Positions 47,063 through 57,682 of a stretch of 64,000 nt of DNA are shown one piece after another. Location of the stretch: assembly GCA_026003215.1 (NCBI GenBank), contig BPGV01000001.1, positions 2,202,466 to 2,266,465 on the forward strand. Direction: 5' to 3'. The notes under the pieces were generated by a model. That model was not told the origin of the DNA and did not search any database. It worked only from the letters and a program-made list of their open reading frames with translations. The position numbers and the translations under genes are program-made. Position 1 is the first letter of the stretch; every line of letters begins with the position of its first letter. The stretch is from Bacteroidia bacterium. Lineage in GTDB: Bacteria > Bacteroidota > Bacteroidia > SpSt-205.

Positions 47063-50008
47063 ATGCGAAAGGCACTCGGGCTGGCAATAGCTATTTTGGT
47101 AGGGGTAGGGGTGGGGATAAGCTTATACCGTAAAGCCCTTGTACGATGGGCTGCAGAGCAGGCGTTGAGTTTCTTTACAGGTACCTTGGTAAAGGTAGAA
47201 TCGCTCCAAGGCTGGAACTGGCACTGGGATGGACGCTGGAGCGTCTCCTTGCAGGGAGTGCGACTATCCAGTTCCCTCCCCGGCGACACTGCGGCTGCTG
47301 CCTACGTAGCAGAACTCCGCCTTGTTGGCCAGGGAAAGGCCATAGACACGGTGCTTGTGCGGGGCGCTGCACTCTCTTTTGTACGGCTTAGCAAGAGTCA
47401 AAAAAACTTTCGCTTTTTTCCGCGCAGGGGCACAGGCCAAACCCACCAGTCCTTTGTGGTACAAGCCGAAGGAATCCAGCTTCGGTTGGATAACTTGCCG
47501 CCAAGGGTGTCACTTTCGGTGGAGGCATCTCAGGTACGAGGATGTGTCTTTGTAGATACGGCTCAGGTGCGCATCAGCGAGGGAGAAGCCTCTCTCTCTC
47601 TCCGCGAGCTGTGTGTGCGCGACAAACTGTGGCCGTTTCCTCATTACCTAACCCTGCGCTTGGAGGGTGCTTACAAAAAAGGCCAAGATTTATGGGAGGA
47701 CTTACGACTCTATCTGCAGGGAGAGGGGGCCTCTCTCGCTTTTGAAGGAAGCTTGGCTGCTTGGGAGAAGCCGACCGGCTGGCTCTACGCGCATTTAGAC
47801 TCCACCCAGACCCAAGCTGTGGCTCAATCCCTGTCTCTTTCTCCGAAAGTATCCGAAGTCTCAGTCGCAGCATGGATCCACGAACGCTCTTACGCAGGCA
47901 TGCTTTGGGGCCGCTGGGAAGGAAGACCCTATGAGATATGCCTCCAAGGCCACGAAGCCACCCTCCATGCGGTAGAGGGGCGGCTTGCTCTGTCTTTTGC
48001 CCAGGTGCATTTCCGGGGCAAGCCCCCCTGGTTTGCGGTAGACGGGGCTTTTCACCATGAGGGCTTATCCGGCTGGGGAGAGGGCCTAATAAACCTCCGA
48101 CAGCAAACGGGGCGCCTGCGACTTCGTACAGCTTCGGGTGATGCTGTATGGGTATCGGGTTCGGTGGACAGCCTGCGAGGGACAGGCTACATAAAAGGCA
48201 TCCCGTTCAAGCTGGCTTGGAAAAAACCGAAGGGCCTTATCCTCTATTTAGACACTGTCGTGAAGGATACTCTGCTGCAAGCGTTCTCCTCGTATAGATT
48301 TCTTGTAGAAGGGAAAGGGCCCACCCCGCCCATAGAGGCGCATTGCCAGCGACTTATATGGGACTCGCTCACTGCTGCGCGGGAGGTTCGGCTTTGGCTT
48401 AGGGATACGCTTCTCTGGGCTGAGGGAAGGATAGGGTATCGGGATTTTCCTCCTTTTGCTCTCCGCATAGGGACTACCTCACGCTTGCAGCGTGGCTGGG
48501 TAGCTGCAGAAAATGAGCTGGGGTATGCCTTTGGCGAGTGGAAGGGAGATAGCCTCCGCCTCAGTGGCACAGGCAAGTGGGCAGATATTTTATGGACAGT
48601 TGCAGGCGAAGGTTCCTTAGTAGAAAAACGGCTTTGGCTCTACCAGGGCGTAGCGGAATCCCCTCGCGGGGATTGGGCCTCTGTAAGGGGAGCTTTCTCC
48701 CTTCAGGGGGCTGACGCCTCTCTCTCCGCCGAAATCGACCTTCCATGGCTTTTGCAGTTTCTCCCGCTGGAGGGTCTTACCCTTTCCCAAGGGAAAATAG
48801 CTTTACACCTGTGCGCTCAAGGCTCGTGGGATACCCTCCTCCGGTGGGATAACCCCACCGAAGGCGAGGCCACCCTCACCCAGATAAAGGGTTTTTTCCC
48901 GCGTATAGGCCTACCCCTGGAAAACCTTTCGTTACGGCTCACGTATAGCCCCGAAGAGACCAGAGTAGCAACCCTCTCTGCTCAAATCGGCCCTACGGTA
49001 ATCCATGCTTCTGGGCACCTCCAAGGGACCCTCAGTTACTTATACACCGATTGGTATCGGCTGAAAGGTCACTTGCAAGTGACTGCTGACGGGCTACCCT
49101 TAGACGCCTTTTGGCGACAAGTGGAAACCAAAGGTGCTCGTCGGCGCGTGCGCTTGCCTCAGCAGATGGACCTCCAGCTTGCTGCCCGCCTCTCTTCCAT
49201 AGATGTATATGGGCTGAACTTTCCCTACGCTTATCTAACGGGGGGGATCCAGGGAGGGCTTATCACCGTAGATACGCTCCTGCTTAACTATGCAGAGGGC
49301 CGTATACAAGCCCAAGGGACCTTAGATGCGCAAGATACGGCCTGCTATATGCTTGTGGGCCGACTCCAGCCAGAAGGGGTAGAGATAGCCCATATTTTGC
49401 GGGACTTTGGTTTAGATACCATAGAAACCTTGCGTAGGCTTCGTTTGAGAGGGCGATTTTCAGGGCAGGGGCAGGTAGCCCTAAGGTTTGCGCCTTCCGT
49501 CCAATGGCGGGACCAAAGTAGCTTTTGGGCCGGTGGGCGTATCTATGAGGGTTCTTTTAAGACGCCTCGCTTTTTGCGGTGGTTTCGTCCCTACTACTTA
49601 GCTGCTTATAAAGATAGCATGGATTTTCTTGCGGAGATCCCCACTTTTCAGCTTACGGATGGTTTCTTACGCATAGAAGATGCGCTCCTCCTTACACGGG
49701 TGGCGGCGTTTCGGATGTATGGATACCATTATTTAGCTGCGGATAGATTTTTTTATCGCCTGCAAGGGGCCCGACTCTATCGTCGGGTGCAGCGTCAGCC
49801 CACACTTGCCAGCTTGCCTACCTATGTGATAGACTTAGTGGATCGAAGCTTATTTCTCCTCTACGTGGAGAAATCGGGGAAAAAAGTCCGCTGGTACTAT
49901 CCTTGGCGATACCTTCTGCGGCGGCTTTTGCAACTCAGGTGGGCAGAACCGCGCCTCAGACCCGCAAAAAAGGCTCTCAGTACGCCTTCGCTTGAGCTAT
50001 TCCCCTGA
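47063..50008 (+). CDS. AsmA-family / TamB-like large membrane-anchored protein
   Basis: A single N-terminal TM segment (LGLAIAILVGVGVGISLY) followed by ~950 aa of predicted beta-rich repeat structure, typical of AsmA-like proteins. 981 aa. Confidence 0.5.
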   Translation: MRKALGLAIAILVGVGVGISLYRKALVRWAAEQALSFFTGTLVKVESLQGWNWHWDGRWSVSLQGVRLSSSLPGDTAAAAYVAELRLVGQGKAIDTVLVRGAALSFVRLSKSQKNFRFFPRRGTGQTHQSFVVQAEGIQLRLDNLPPRVSLSVEASQVRGCVFVDTAQVRISEGEASLSLRELCVRDKLWPFPHYLTLRLEGAYKKGQDLWEDLRLYLQGEGASLAFEGSLAAWEKPTGWLYAHLDSTQTQAVAQSLSLSPKVSEVSVAAWIHERSYAGMLWGRWEGRPYEICLQGHEATLHAVEGRLALSFAQVHFRGKPPWFAVDGAFHHEGLSGWGEGLINLRQQTGRLRLRTASGDAVWVSGSVDSLRGTGYIKGIPFKLAWKKPKGLILYLDTVVKDTLLQAFSSYRFLVEGKGPTPPIEAHCQRLIWDSLTAAREVRLWLRDTLLWAEGRIGYRDFPPFALRIGTTSRLQRGWVAAENELGYAFGEWKGDSLRLSGTGKWADILWTVAGEGSLVEKRLWLYQGVAESPRGDWASVRGAFSLQGADASLSAEIDLPWLLQFLPLEGLTLSQGKIALHLCAQGSWDTLLRWDNPTEGEATLTQIKGFFPRIGLPLENLSLRLTYSPEETRVATLSAQIGPTVIHASGHLQGTLSYLYTDWYRLKGHLQVTADGLPLDAFWRQVETKGARRRVRLPQQMDLQLAARLSSIDVYGLNFPYAYLTGGIQGGLITVDTLLLNYAEGRIQAQGTLDAQDTACYMLVGRLQPEGVEIAHILRDFGLDTIETLRRLRLRGRFSGQGQVALRFAPSVQWRDQSSFWAGGRIYEGSFKTPRFLRWFRPYYLAAYKDSMDFLAEIPTFQLTDGFLRIEDALLLTRVAAFRMYGYHYLAADRFFYRLQGARLYRRVQRQPTLASLPTYVIDLVDRSLFLLYVEKSGKKVRWYYPWRYLLRRLLQLRWAEPRLRPAKKALSTPSLELFP

Positions 50009-50026
50009 GTCCTGTACATTTGCCTC

Positions 50027-53000
50027 ATGGGCCGACTTTTGCTAAGGCTGCTATGGATAGGCGGGCTACTCGCACAAGAATGCGATATCATTTATGTCAC
50101 CCCGAATGGTGCCACCGGGCCTGGCGCCGGGACCCGCGATAATCCCGCCGAGCTCAACTATGCTATTGCTAACCTCCTCACGCCTACTATCCGCCGCATC
50201 TACCTGGGCTATGGGATTTACACCTTGACGCAGCCCCTCCCCCTCCATAACGGTCTACAACTGGAAGGGGGCTTTGACCCCAGCCAAGCCTGGGTAAAAA
50301 CCAACCTTTACCCTACTATCCTCTTCCGAGCAGCAGTGAATCCCCAGTCTAACCCCAGCCGGCTCGTGGCTATAGAGGGTATAAATGTGAACGGCTTCCG
50401 CATACAAGACCTGGAGGTGTATGTGGAGGATGCGACGGCCTTGGGGGCAGGTACTACTACCTATGCCCTCTATTTGAATGGGTGCAGCAACTATGTGGTG
50501 AATCGCTGTCGGTTTTCGGCGGGGGCGGGGGCGAATGGCGACCCTGGTCAAAATGGCGCTGCAGGCCGCAATGGGGCGGCTGGACAGATAGGCCAGCAAG
50601 GGGATGAAGATGCCGGCTGCTGCCGAGCCGGGGGCGCAGGCGGCAATAGCTGGTCGGGCGGTCTCGTAGCCGGCGGCCGCGGCGGCGACGGCGGCCAACG
50701 TGGCACCTGTGGCCCTGGTGGCCAAGCTTATAATGGCGCGCCGGGCCAACAAGGTATCCCTCCCTCTCCCCAGCCGTATGCACCCGCAGGCGGCGCCGGA
50801 GGGGCTGGCGGCGTAGGAAATAGCTCTATCATTTCTTTGGGGTGTGACAACTTCGCTGCTCAGAATGGCGCCGATGGACAGCCTGGCCAAGATGGAACCA
50901 ATGGCGCTGCTGGGGGGCCCGGTACGCCTACCCATGCCGGCGGCTTCTTTCGCCCAGGCGATGGGCAGGACGGCCAAGATGGCCAGCATGGCTCCGGCGG
51001 CGGGGGCGGCGGTGGTGGCGGTAGCCAAGGTAATCTGCTATGTTTTCCGTCTAATCTTAACGGGACAGGTGCCGGCGGCGGCGGCGGTGGAGAAGGCGGC
51101 GAAGGGGGCAAAGGCGGCAAAGGCGGCGGGGGCGGCGGCGGCTCCTTCGGCATCTACCTCTGGAATAACGGCGCTAATGCCCTCTTTGTGGATGTAATAG
51201 CCGCATCCAGCTTGCCGGGAGCCGGCGCCCCAGGAGGATTTGGCGGCATCGGCGGCATAGGGGGCAGTGGCGGCTGCGGTGGCGCTCGCGGCTGCGCCGG
51301 CCAGCCTAACGCTTGCGATATTGGCTATGGCGGTAACGGCGGCCGTGGGGGCAACGGGGGGAACGGCGGCAACGGCGGCCCAGGCGTCGCCGGCCTCGCC
51401 CAAGACGTCTATATCTCTGCGGGTAGCACAGCGCCTACCCTCTCGTCCTTCCGCAGTCCCGACGAACCTAAAATCTTTGTGCGTTACACTGGCTGCACCG
51501 AGCGTACCGTGAAACTTTGGACCGATGCGGCGGGCTACATCGTCTGGTTCTTCGGGCCAGGGAGTACCCCCCCTACAGCTATCGGCGATACCGTCACTAC
51601 CCGCTATACGACCCTCGGCCGTAAAAGCCTTTCCCTCATCGTCAATGGCCAGACCTACACCTATTACGAGTTTTTGGACATTCGGGATGATGGGACGGGT
51701 ACTAATCCTACCTTCACGCAAAGTGCCGATACGGTATGCTTAGGCGGGCAAGTCACCTTCACCAGCAGCTTAGCTGGTGCCGCTAACTACCTCTGGGACT
51801 TCGGCGGAGGCGCCCCGCCTGTCTCTGGCCCCCTCAATAACATAGCCCAGCCGACCTTCAATACCCCAGGTACTTTTGTGGTGACCCACCAGACCTATTC
51901 GCCCTGCTGCGGCTGGTCTGACCCCTACCAGGATACCATAGTGGTTTTGCCCACGCCCGCTCCTACGCTGACTATACAAACCTCTACGGGTTCTACGGAA
52001 ACGTGCGAGGGTACGCCTGTTATCTTTACCGCTCAGCTCCAAAACTTTGCGCCCAATCCGACCATCACTTGGCAGGTGAATGGTACCCCCCGCAGGCACG
52101 GGCCAGACCTTTATCCTCACCAATCCCCAGCCGGGCGACCAAGTGCAAGCCATCGCCATCGGCAATACCGCCTGTTCCCGAGGACAGCCCATTTCGTCTA
52201 ATACGATCACCCTTACTGTCCATCCCCGTCCTGTTATTCAGCCGCTGGCAGTGGGCTGCTTCCAAATCACAGGGAACCTTGTGCCCGGAGACCTGATTAC
52301 GCTCTCGGCTTCGGTCTCGGGCGGGAGCGTGCCCTATCAGTTTTATTGGGACTTAGGGGATGGGCGCGGCGCTACAGGCAATCCCGCTACCGTCATGTAT
52401 CCTACTGCGGGTACTTACCGCTTGCGGCTTACAGTAGTAGATGCCAACGGCTGTACCAGCAGTAATACCGCTGCTTGCGAGACTACCTTGGTGATTGCTT
52501 ATCGGCCGGTGGCGGCCTTCTCGGCCACGCCTCTCCAGGGCTGCCCACCCCTCACGGTCTCCTTCACGAACCAGAGCATCTACGCAAACGCTTACCTCTG
52601 GGACTTTGGCGATGGCTCTCCCACTACCACTCAGCTTAACCCCATGCATACTTACACTACCTCAGGCGAATACACGGTTACTTTATACGCCATCTCGGCA
52701 GGAAACAACGATACGGCCACCGTGCAAAATCAAGTGGTGGTCTATCCCGTACCGGTGGCAGATTTCTCGGTATTCCCGCCCGTACTTTATGAAGCCGATA
52801 CTGCCTATTTTGTCTCTCAGGCGCAAGGGGCAAGTAGCTGGCTGTGGTTCTTTGGCGACCCTGCTAACCCTAACGCCTCGTCCACCGACCCGAACCCCTC
52901 GTACTTTTACGCACAACCGGGCAGCTATACGGTCACCCTCATCGTAACCAACCTCTACGGCTGTAAAGATACTTTGGTCAAGACGGATGCCGTTATAAAA

Positions 53001-53258
53001 CTCCCCAATCCAGCGCCTACGGCTTTGGGTACGTTCCCCCGAGAAGCCGTGCAGGTGTGGCCTAATCCCTTCACAGACAAGCTCTATGTGCGCTTACCGG
53101 AGGAAGCCTCTCTCGTGATGTACGATGCGCATGGGGTCTTGATATGGGAAGGGCAGTTGTCCCGGGGCATGCAGGCTTTGTCTTTCATGCAGCTGCCGAC
53201 GGGATTATACTTTTTACGGATAGGCCCTTGGACAATCAAAGTACATAAACTCGGCTAA
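50027..53258 (+). pseudogene. Giant Gly-rich/collagen-like PKD-domain T9SS cargo protein, split at a C6 tract (fragments 50027-52201 and 52080-53258)
   Basis: Signal peptide, an N-terminal domain paralogous to the 53263 gene, and collagen-like GXY runs (GDPGQNGAAGRNGAAGQIGQQG). It also has poly-Gly, PKD-like WDFGGG/WDFGDGS units and a C-terminal CTD. The frame switches at the cccccc run 52086-52091, where C5 would read ...VNGTPAGTGQTFILT continuously. Confidence 0.6.
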
Positions 53259-53262
53259 TCTT

Positions 53263-56200
53263 ATGGCAAAAATATACGCTTTCTGGCTGGCTTCGTTATA
53301 TGTATATGGCCAGGCCTGTGGCTATTTGTATGTGTCTCCCATGGGTACAGCCACGGCTGCGGGTACGCCGGCGGATCCGCTTTCGCTGTCCGCGGCCATA
53401 GCCCAGGCAGCTGCAGGTCCGATAAAGCACATTCGGCTGGCGATAGGGGATTATCCGCTGACTGCGCCGCTCTCCTTGGAGGATAACCTTATTTTAGAGG
53501 GGGGCTTTGACCTAAGCAATCCCGCCCAACCGGTCAAGCGCAGTGGGGGCATCACGCGCCTACGTAGGCTCAGTGGTACGCCGGAGCCTAACCCCTGCCG
53601 CCTTGTAGCCGTTCAAGCTGTCAGCAAGACTGGCTTTGAGCTCCATGACCTCTATATAGAGGTAGAAAATGCCAGCTCGACGGCGGATGGGCCCAGCTGC
53701 TCTACCTATGGCTTGTACTTGAATGGCTGCGCTAACTATCAGATTGTGCGGTGTCGGATTCATGCGGGGAATGCTACGGATGGAAAGCCCGGCGATCCTG
53801 TGCCTAATGGCCGCGATGGGGCTCCCGGCACCAAGGGTGAAGATGGCTGCCGTCAGTGCCAGCCTGGGGTAGATGATCCCAATAACGACGGGGGGGGAGG
53901 CGGCAGTAGCTGGTCAGGGGGCGCCCAAGCGGGGGGTAATGGCGGTAATGGTGCTCCCATTGGTACAGGACGCGGTCCTGCTGGGTGTTTTGACCTTAAC
54001 TTTTGTAACGGCGCTTCAGCTCCTAATGGGCAGCCCGGCCAAAACGGTGCTACCACTGTCATGGGGCAGCCCGTAGGACTGGGCGGCGGGTCGGGTCAAG
54101 GCCAAAATATCTGTGCTAACTTCACTGATGCAGCGGGCTTTATCGGAGCCTTAGGGGGATGTCCGTCGGATGATCCGTTGCGCGGGGGCCAGCCTGGCAC
54201 GGATGGGGCTAATGGCCGGGACGGAGCGGATGGTCAGCCCGGTAGCCCCGCTTTTACAGGAGGGTGGTTTATCCCTGGGAATGGGCAGGATGGCCAGCCT
54301 GGGGAGCATGGCGCGGGTGGAGGTGGGGGGGGGGGGGAGGGGGTGCGCTCGGCGGAATCCCTTATGATATTGCCTGCTTTCGCATAGACGATGGCTACAC
54401 GAATAGTTCCGGTGGGGGCGGTGGTGGGGGTGGGGAAGGTGGGGAAGGTGGCCCTGGGGGCAAAGGCGGCGGTGGGGGCGGTGGGGCTTTTGCGCTCTTC
54501 CTCTGGAATAACGGCGCAAATGGGGTCATCCGAGACTGTCCCCTCACGGTGGGCCAGCCCGGCCAAGGGGCCCCCGGCTCGCCGGGGGGTTTAGGCGGAC
54601 AAGGAGGGGCCGGCGGCTGCGGTGGTGGATGGATTGGCTCACCTTGTACCCGCTTCTGTGGCTCGCCGCCCCTTCCCAACAATAGCTGTGGGGCCGGCTG
54701 CCAAGGGGGATGGGGCGGCAACGGCGGAAAAGGCGGCAACGGCGGCAAAGGCGGAAAAGGCGGCGATGGCGCTGCAGGTATTGCTCAGCCCTTCTATCAA
54801 AACCTTGCCGGCCAACCCCCTACCCAAACCAACAGCTTCGTTCCCACCGAAACGCCTATTGCCGTGTCGGGCCTCGTCTGTACCCACTCGGAGGTCACCT
54901 TCACTGTGGAGAATGCCGACCCTCTCACTCAATATGAGTGGGGCTTCGGCGCTAATGCGCAGCCCATCTTCGGCTATGGTCCTACCGCTACTACGGCTTT
55001 TACTTCGGCCGGCTTTCATACTATCCTGCTGCGCGTGAATGCCGTGCCCTTCCGATACACCCTTTTTGCCTCCCCGCTCCAACCGGGGGTTATTCCCGAT
55101 ATTCAACCAGTGGGCAGTCTTCCCGTGTGTTTAGGCGCTACTGCTACCTTCCAAGCTAACCTCACCAATCCCGCCAACCGCTCCATTCTGGAATACCACT
55201 GGCAGCTTACAGGCCCTGTCTCGGATAATGTTTCATCGGCGACGGCTTCCACTTATACTACGCCCGCTTTGACCCAAACAGGTACTTATACCCTGTACTT
55301 GCGGGTACGCTCCGAGTGCTGCGGGTGGTCCTTACGCGATTCGCTCACTTTTCAGGTAGTGCCTTCGCAGACGATGACGGCGCAGCTTATCGCCGCGCCG
55401 CCTGCCGTATGTGCAGGCGAGCCTATCACCCTTACGGTAGTAGGCGGAAACCTTGGCGCTACGCCTACCTTCGTATGGCGTAAAAACGGCAGTCCCATTG
55501 CAGGCGCACCTAATGCCCCCACTTACACCGACCCTGCCCCCCAAAACGGCGATGTATATGAAGTCCAGGTCACTTCCAGCCTGGCCTGTATCAGCAATAA
55601 CCCCCTCACTACTAACACGGTTACGGTGGTAGTGCATCCTCGTCCGCAGCTCGCTTGCACCTCGCCCCTGAGTGGGTATTTGGGGGCACCCGTAACCTTT
55701 ACTATTGATGCTTCCAATGCTGGGCAGCTCCAAGGGCCTTTCTCTTACCAGATTGATTTAGGTAATGGCTTTTCGGTGACAGGTCAGTCGGCTACTTTGC
55801 CCGCCTCAGCTGCGGCTTCGTACGGAGGCGCAGGAACTTATACGGCTACTATTACCATGACCGACGCCAATGGCTGCTCGGCCTCTTGCCAGGTCACGGT
55901 GAATATCTCTGCGGCCCCGCCTCCTACGGCAGACTTTACTGCTGACAGGCAGGAGGGCTGTGACCAGCTCACGGTTACCTTCACCGCTACCCCCCCAGCA
56001 GACGAATACCGATGGGATTTTGGCGATGGCACCCCACCCCTTACCACTACCCAAAATCCCGTCCAGCATACTTACGCCCAGGTAGGCTTCTACACCGTGC
56101 GGCTGGAAGCCCGCTTCGGAGCTACCTGGGTCCCCGTGGAAAAGGTGCATTATATCCGAGTGTATCGTACCCCTTCCCCCCAGATTGGCGTGCTAAGCGC

Positions 56201-57185
56201 TATTTGTGAAAACCAGCCCGTGCAGTTTGGCGATATCGGTTCGGATGGATATAGCTGGCTGTGGGACTTTGGAGATGGAACCACCAGTACAGCCCCGGGC
56301 CCCCAGCATGTGTATGCTACCTCGGGTACCTATACCGTGACGCTTACTGCGTGGAGCCATAACCGCGTGTGTTCTACCACTGTGCAGACGCAGGTAGTAG
56401 TAGCTCGCCAGCCCCAAGCCAGTTTCAACCTCTCTCCTACGGAGGGGTGTCCTCCCTTTACGGTCACGCCGGAAAATACGTCTAATCCCTCGGGTGCGCC
56501 GGGCGTGTATTATATCTGGGTCTGGGGTGATGGCAGCCGGGATACGGTTTCTGCGCTTACGGCGCCCAGTCATACCTATACGCAGAGTGGTACCTTTACG
56601 CTGCAGCTGGTAGCGGTAAGCTCGGAAGGCTGCCGCGATACGGCGCAGGCGCAGGTGGTGGTACGTCCTCGGCCGCAGGCGGCTTTCTCGCCGCAGCAGG
56701 TGACCCAAACCCAGCCCAATACGCAAGTCTCCTTTACCAACCAATCCCAAGGCGCTGCCTCGTACTTGTGGGACTTTGGGAATGGCCAGACTACCACCGA
56801 AGCCCAGCCGGGGCCGGTGGATTTCCCCAATCCAGGCACTTATACGGTGCTGCTTATTGCCTACTCGGCCCAAGGTTGCCCTGACACGGCCCGAGGTATC
56901 GTCGTCATAGAGCCCGGCCTGGATATCTTCATCCCGAATATCTTTACCCCTAACGGCGATGGTATCAACGATGTATGGCAGATTCGTGCCACCCTATCCT
57001 ATCAAGTATGGGTGTATGACCGCTGGGGCAACTTAGTCTTTGAGGGGGATAATACCCGGCTCTGGGATGGGCGCAAGCGCGGCGGAGGCGACTGCCCGGA
57101 GGGCGCCTATACCTACAAGCTTATTGCCAGGCTGCCGAACGGCCAGACCTTTACCCGTTCGGGTACCGTAACCCTTCTCCGCTGA
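53263..57185 (+). pseudogene. Giant Gly-rich/collagen-like PKD-domain protein with a T9SS type-B (CHU_C-like) sorting domain, split at a G13 tract (fragments 53263-54387 and 54264-57185)
   Basis: Paralogous N-terminal domain (YLNGCANYQIVRCRIHAGNA versus YLNGCSNYVVNRCRFSAGAG in the upstream gene), GXY collagen-like triplets and multiple PKD-like WDFGDGT units. The C-terminus FIPNIFTPNGDGINDVWQI...YDRWGNLVFEG is the type-B sorting domain. The reading frame changes exactly at the 13-G run 54325-54337. Confidence 0.6.
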
Positions 57186-57189
57186 GGCT

Positions 57190-57651
57190 ATGGGCGCTGC
57201 ACGAAGAGAGCCTGAGGGCTTATCGCCCGAGGAGAAGGCGGCTTTGCGCGAGACCATAGCAGAGCGCCGACAGGCTCGCCACTGGCAGAAAAATCCCGCT
57301 GCTGCCCAGGAGGCGGTAGAGTCGTATATCCGAACCTTGCCCCCTGCTGACCAGCAGCTCGCATGGAAGCTACATACCCTGGTGCAGCAGGTAGCCCCCG
57401 CCTTTCGGCCGCGCCTATGGTACGGCATGCCCGCTTATACCGATGTGCAGGGGCGAGTGGTGTGCTTTTTCCAGCCGGCCAGTAAGTTCAAAACGCGGTA
57501 TGCAACGATAGGCTTTACGGATGCGGCCTTGCTGGATGAAGGGAACCTTTGGTCCGTAAGCTATGCGGTGCGTGAGATAGGGGACTCGGAAGAGATTTTC
57601 TTCCGAGAGAAGCTACAACGAGCGTTCAGCAGCGCCTCTCTTAAAAAGTAG
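57190..57651 (+). CDS. Hypothetical protein (153 aa; possibly a YdhG/DUF1801-like alpha/beta domain)
   Basis: ORF lying 4 bp downstream of the giant gene. No secretion signal. Similarity is uncertain. Confidence 0.35.
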   Translation: MGAARREPEGLSPEEKAALRETIAERRQARHWQKNPAAAQEAVESYIRTLPPADQQLAWKLHTLVQQVAPAFRPRLWYGMPAYTDVQGRVVCFFQPASKFKTRYATIGFTDAALLDEGNLWSVSYAVREIGDSEEIFFREKLQRAFSSASLKK

Positions 57652-57682
57652 GTTTAGAGAAAACCGTAACTTTGTCCCAGTT

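Noticed and set aside
50255-51721. Several long minus-strand ORFs (257, 227, 108 aa) plus the plus-strand ORFs 50844-51197 and 51267-51512
   Set aside because: All lie within or antisense to the Gly-rich (GGC/GGN repeat) region of the collagen-like gene. Open frames are expected in every phase of such low-complexity GC-rich DNA.
54395-56873. Minus-strand ORFs (117, 155, 226 aa) and the plus-strand ORF 54622-55038
   Set aside because: They are antisense or out-of-frame products of the Gly-rich/PKD gene and have no independent support.
41517-57185. Treating each frame-separated fragment (41517-41765, 41587-42600, 42510-45782; 50027-52201, 52080-53258; 53263-54387, 54264-57185) as an independent gene
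   Set aside because: The fragments continue one another's domain architecture across the breaks: tandem Cys-domains, and paralogous N-domain then GXY then PKD then CTD. Downstream fragments lack their own signal peptides. The upstream parts of the later frames and the downstream tails of the earlier frames read as nonsense. One gene with homopolymer indels is the simpler explanation.
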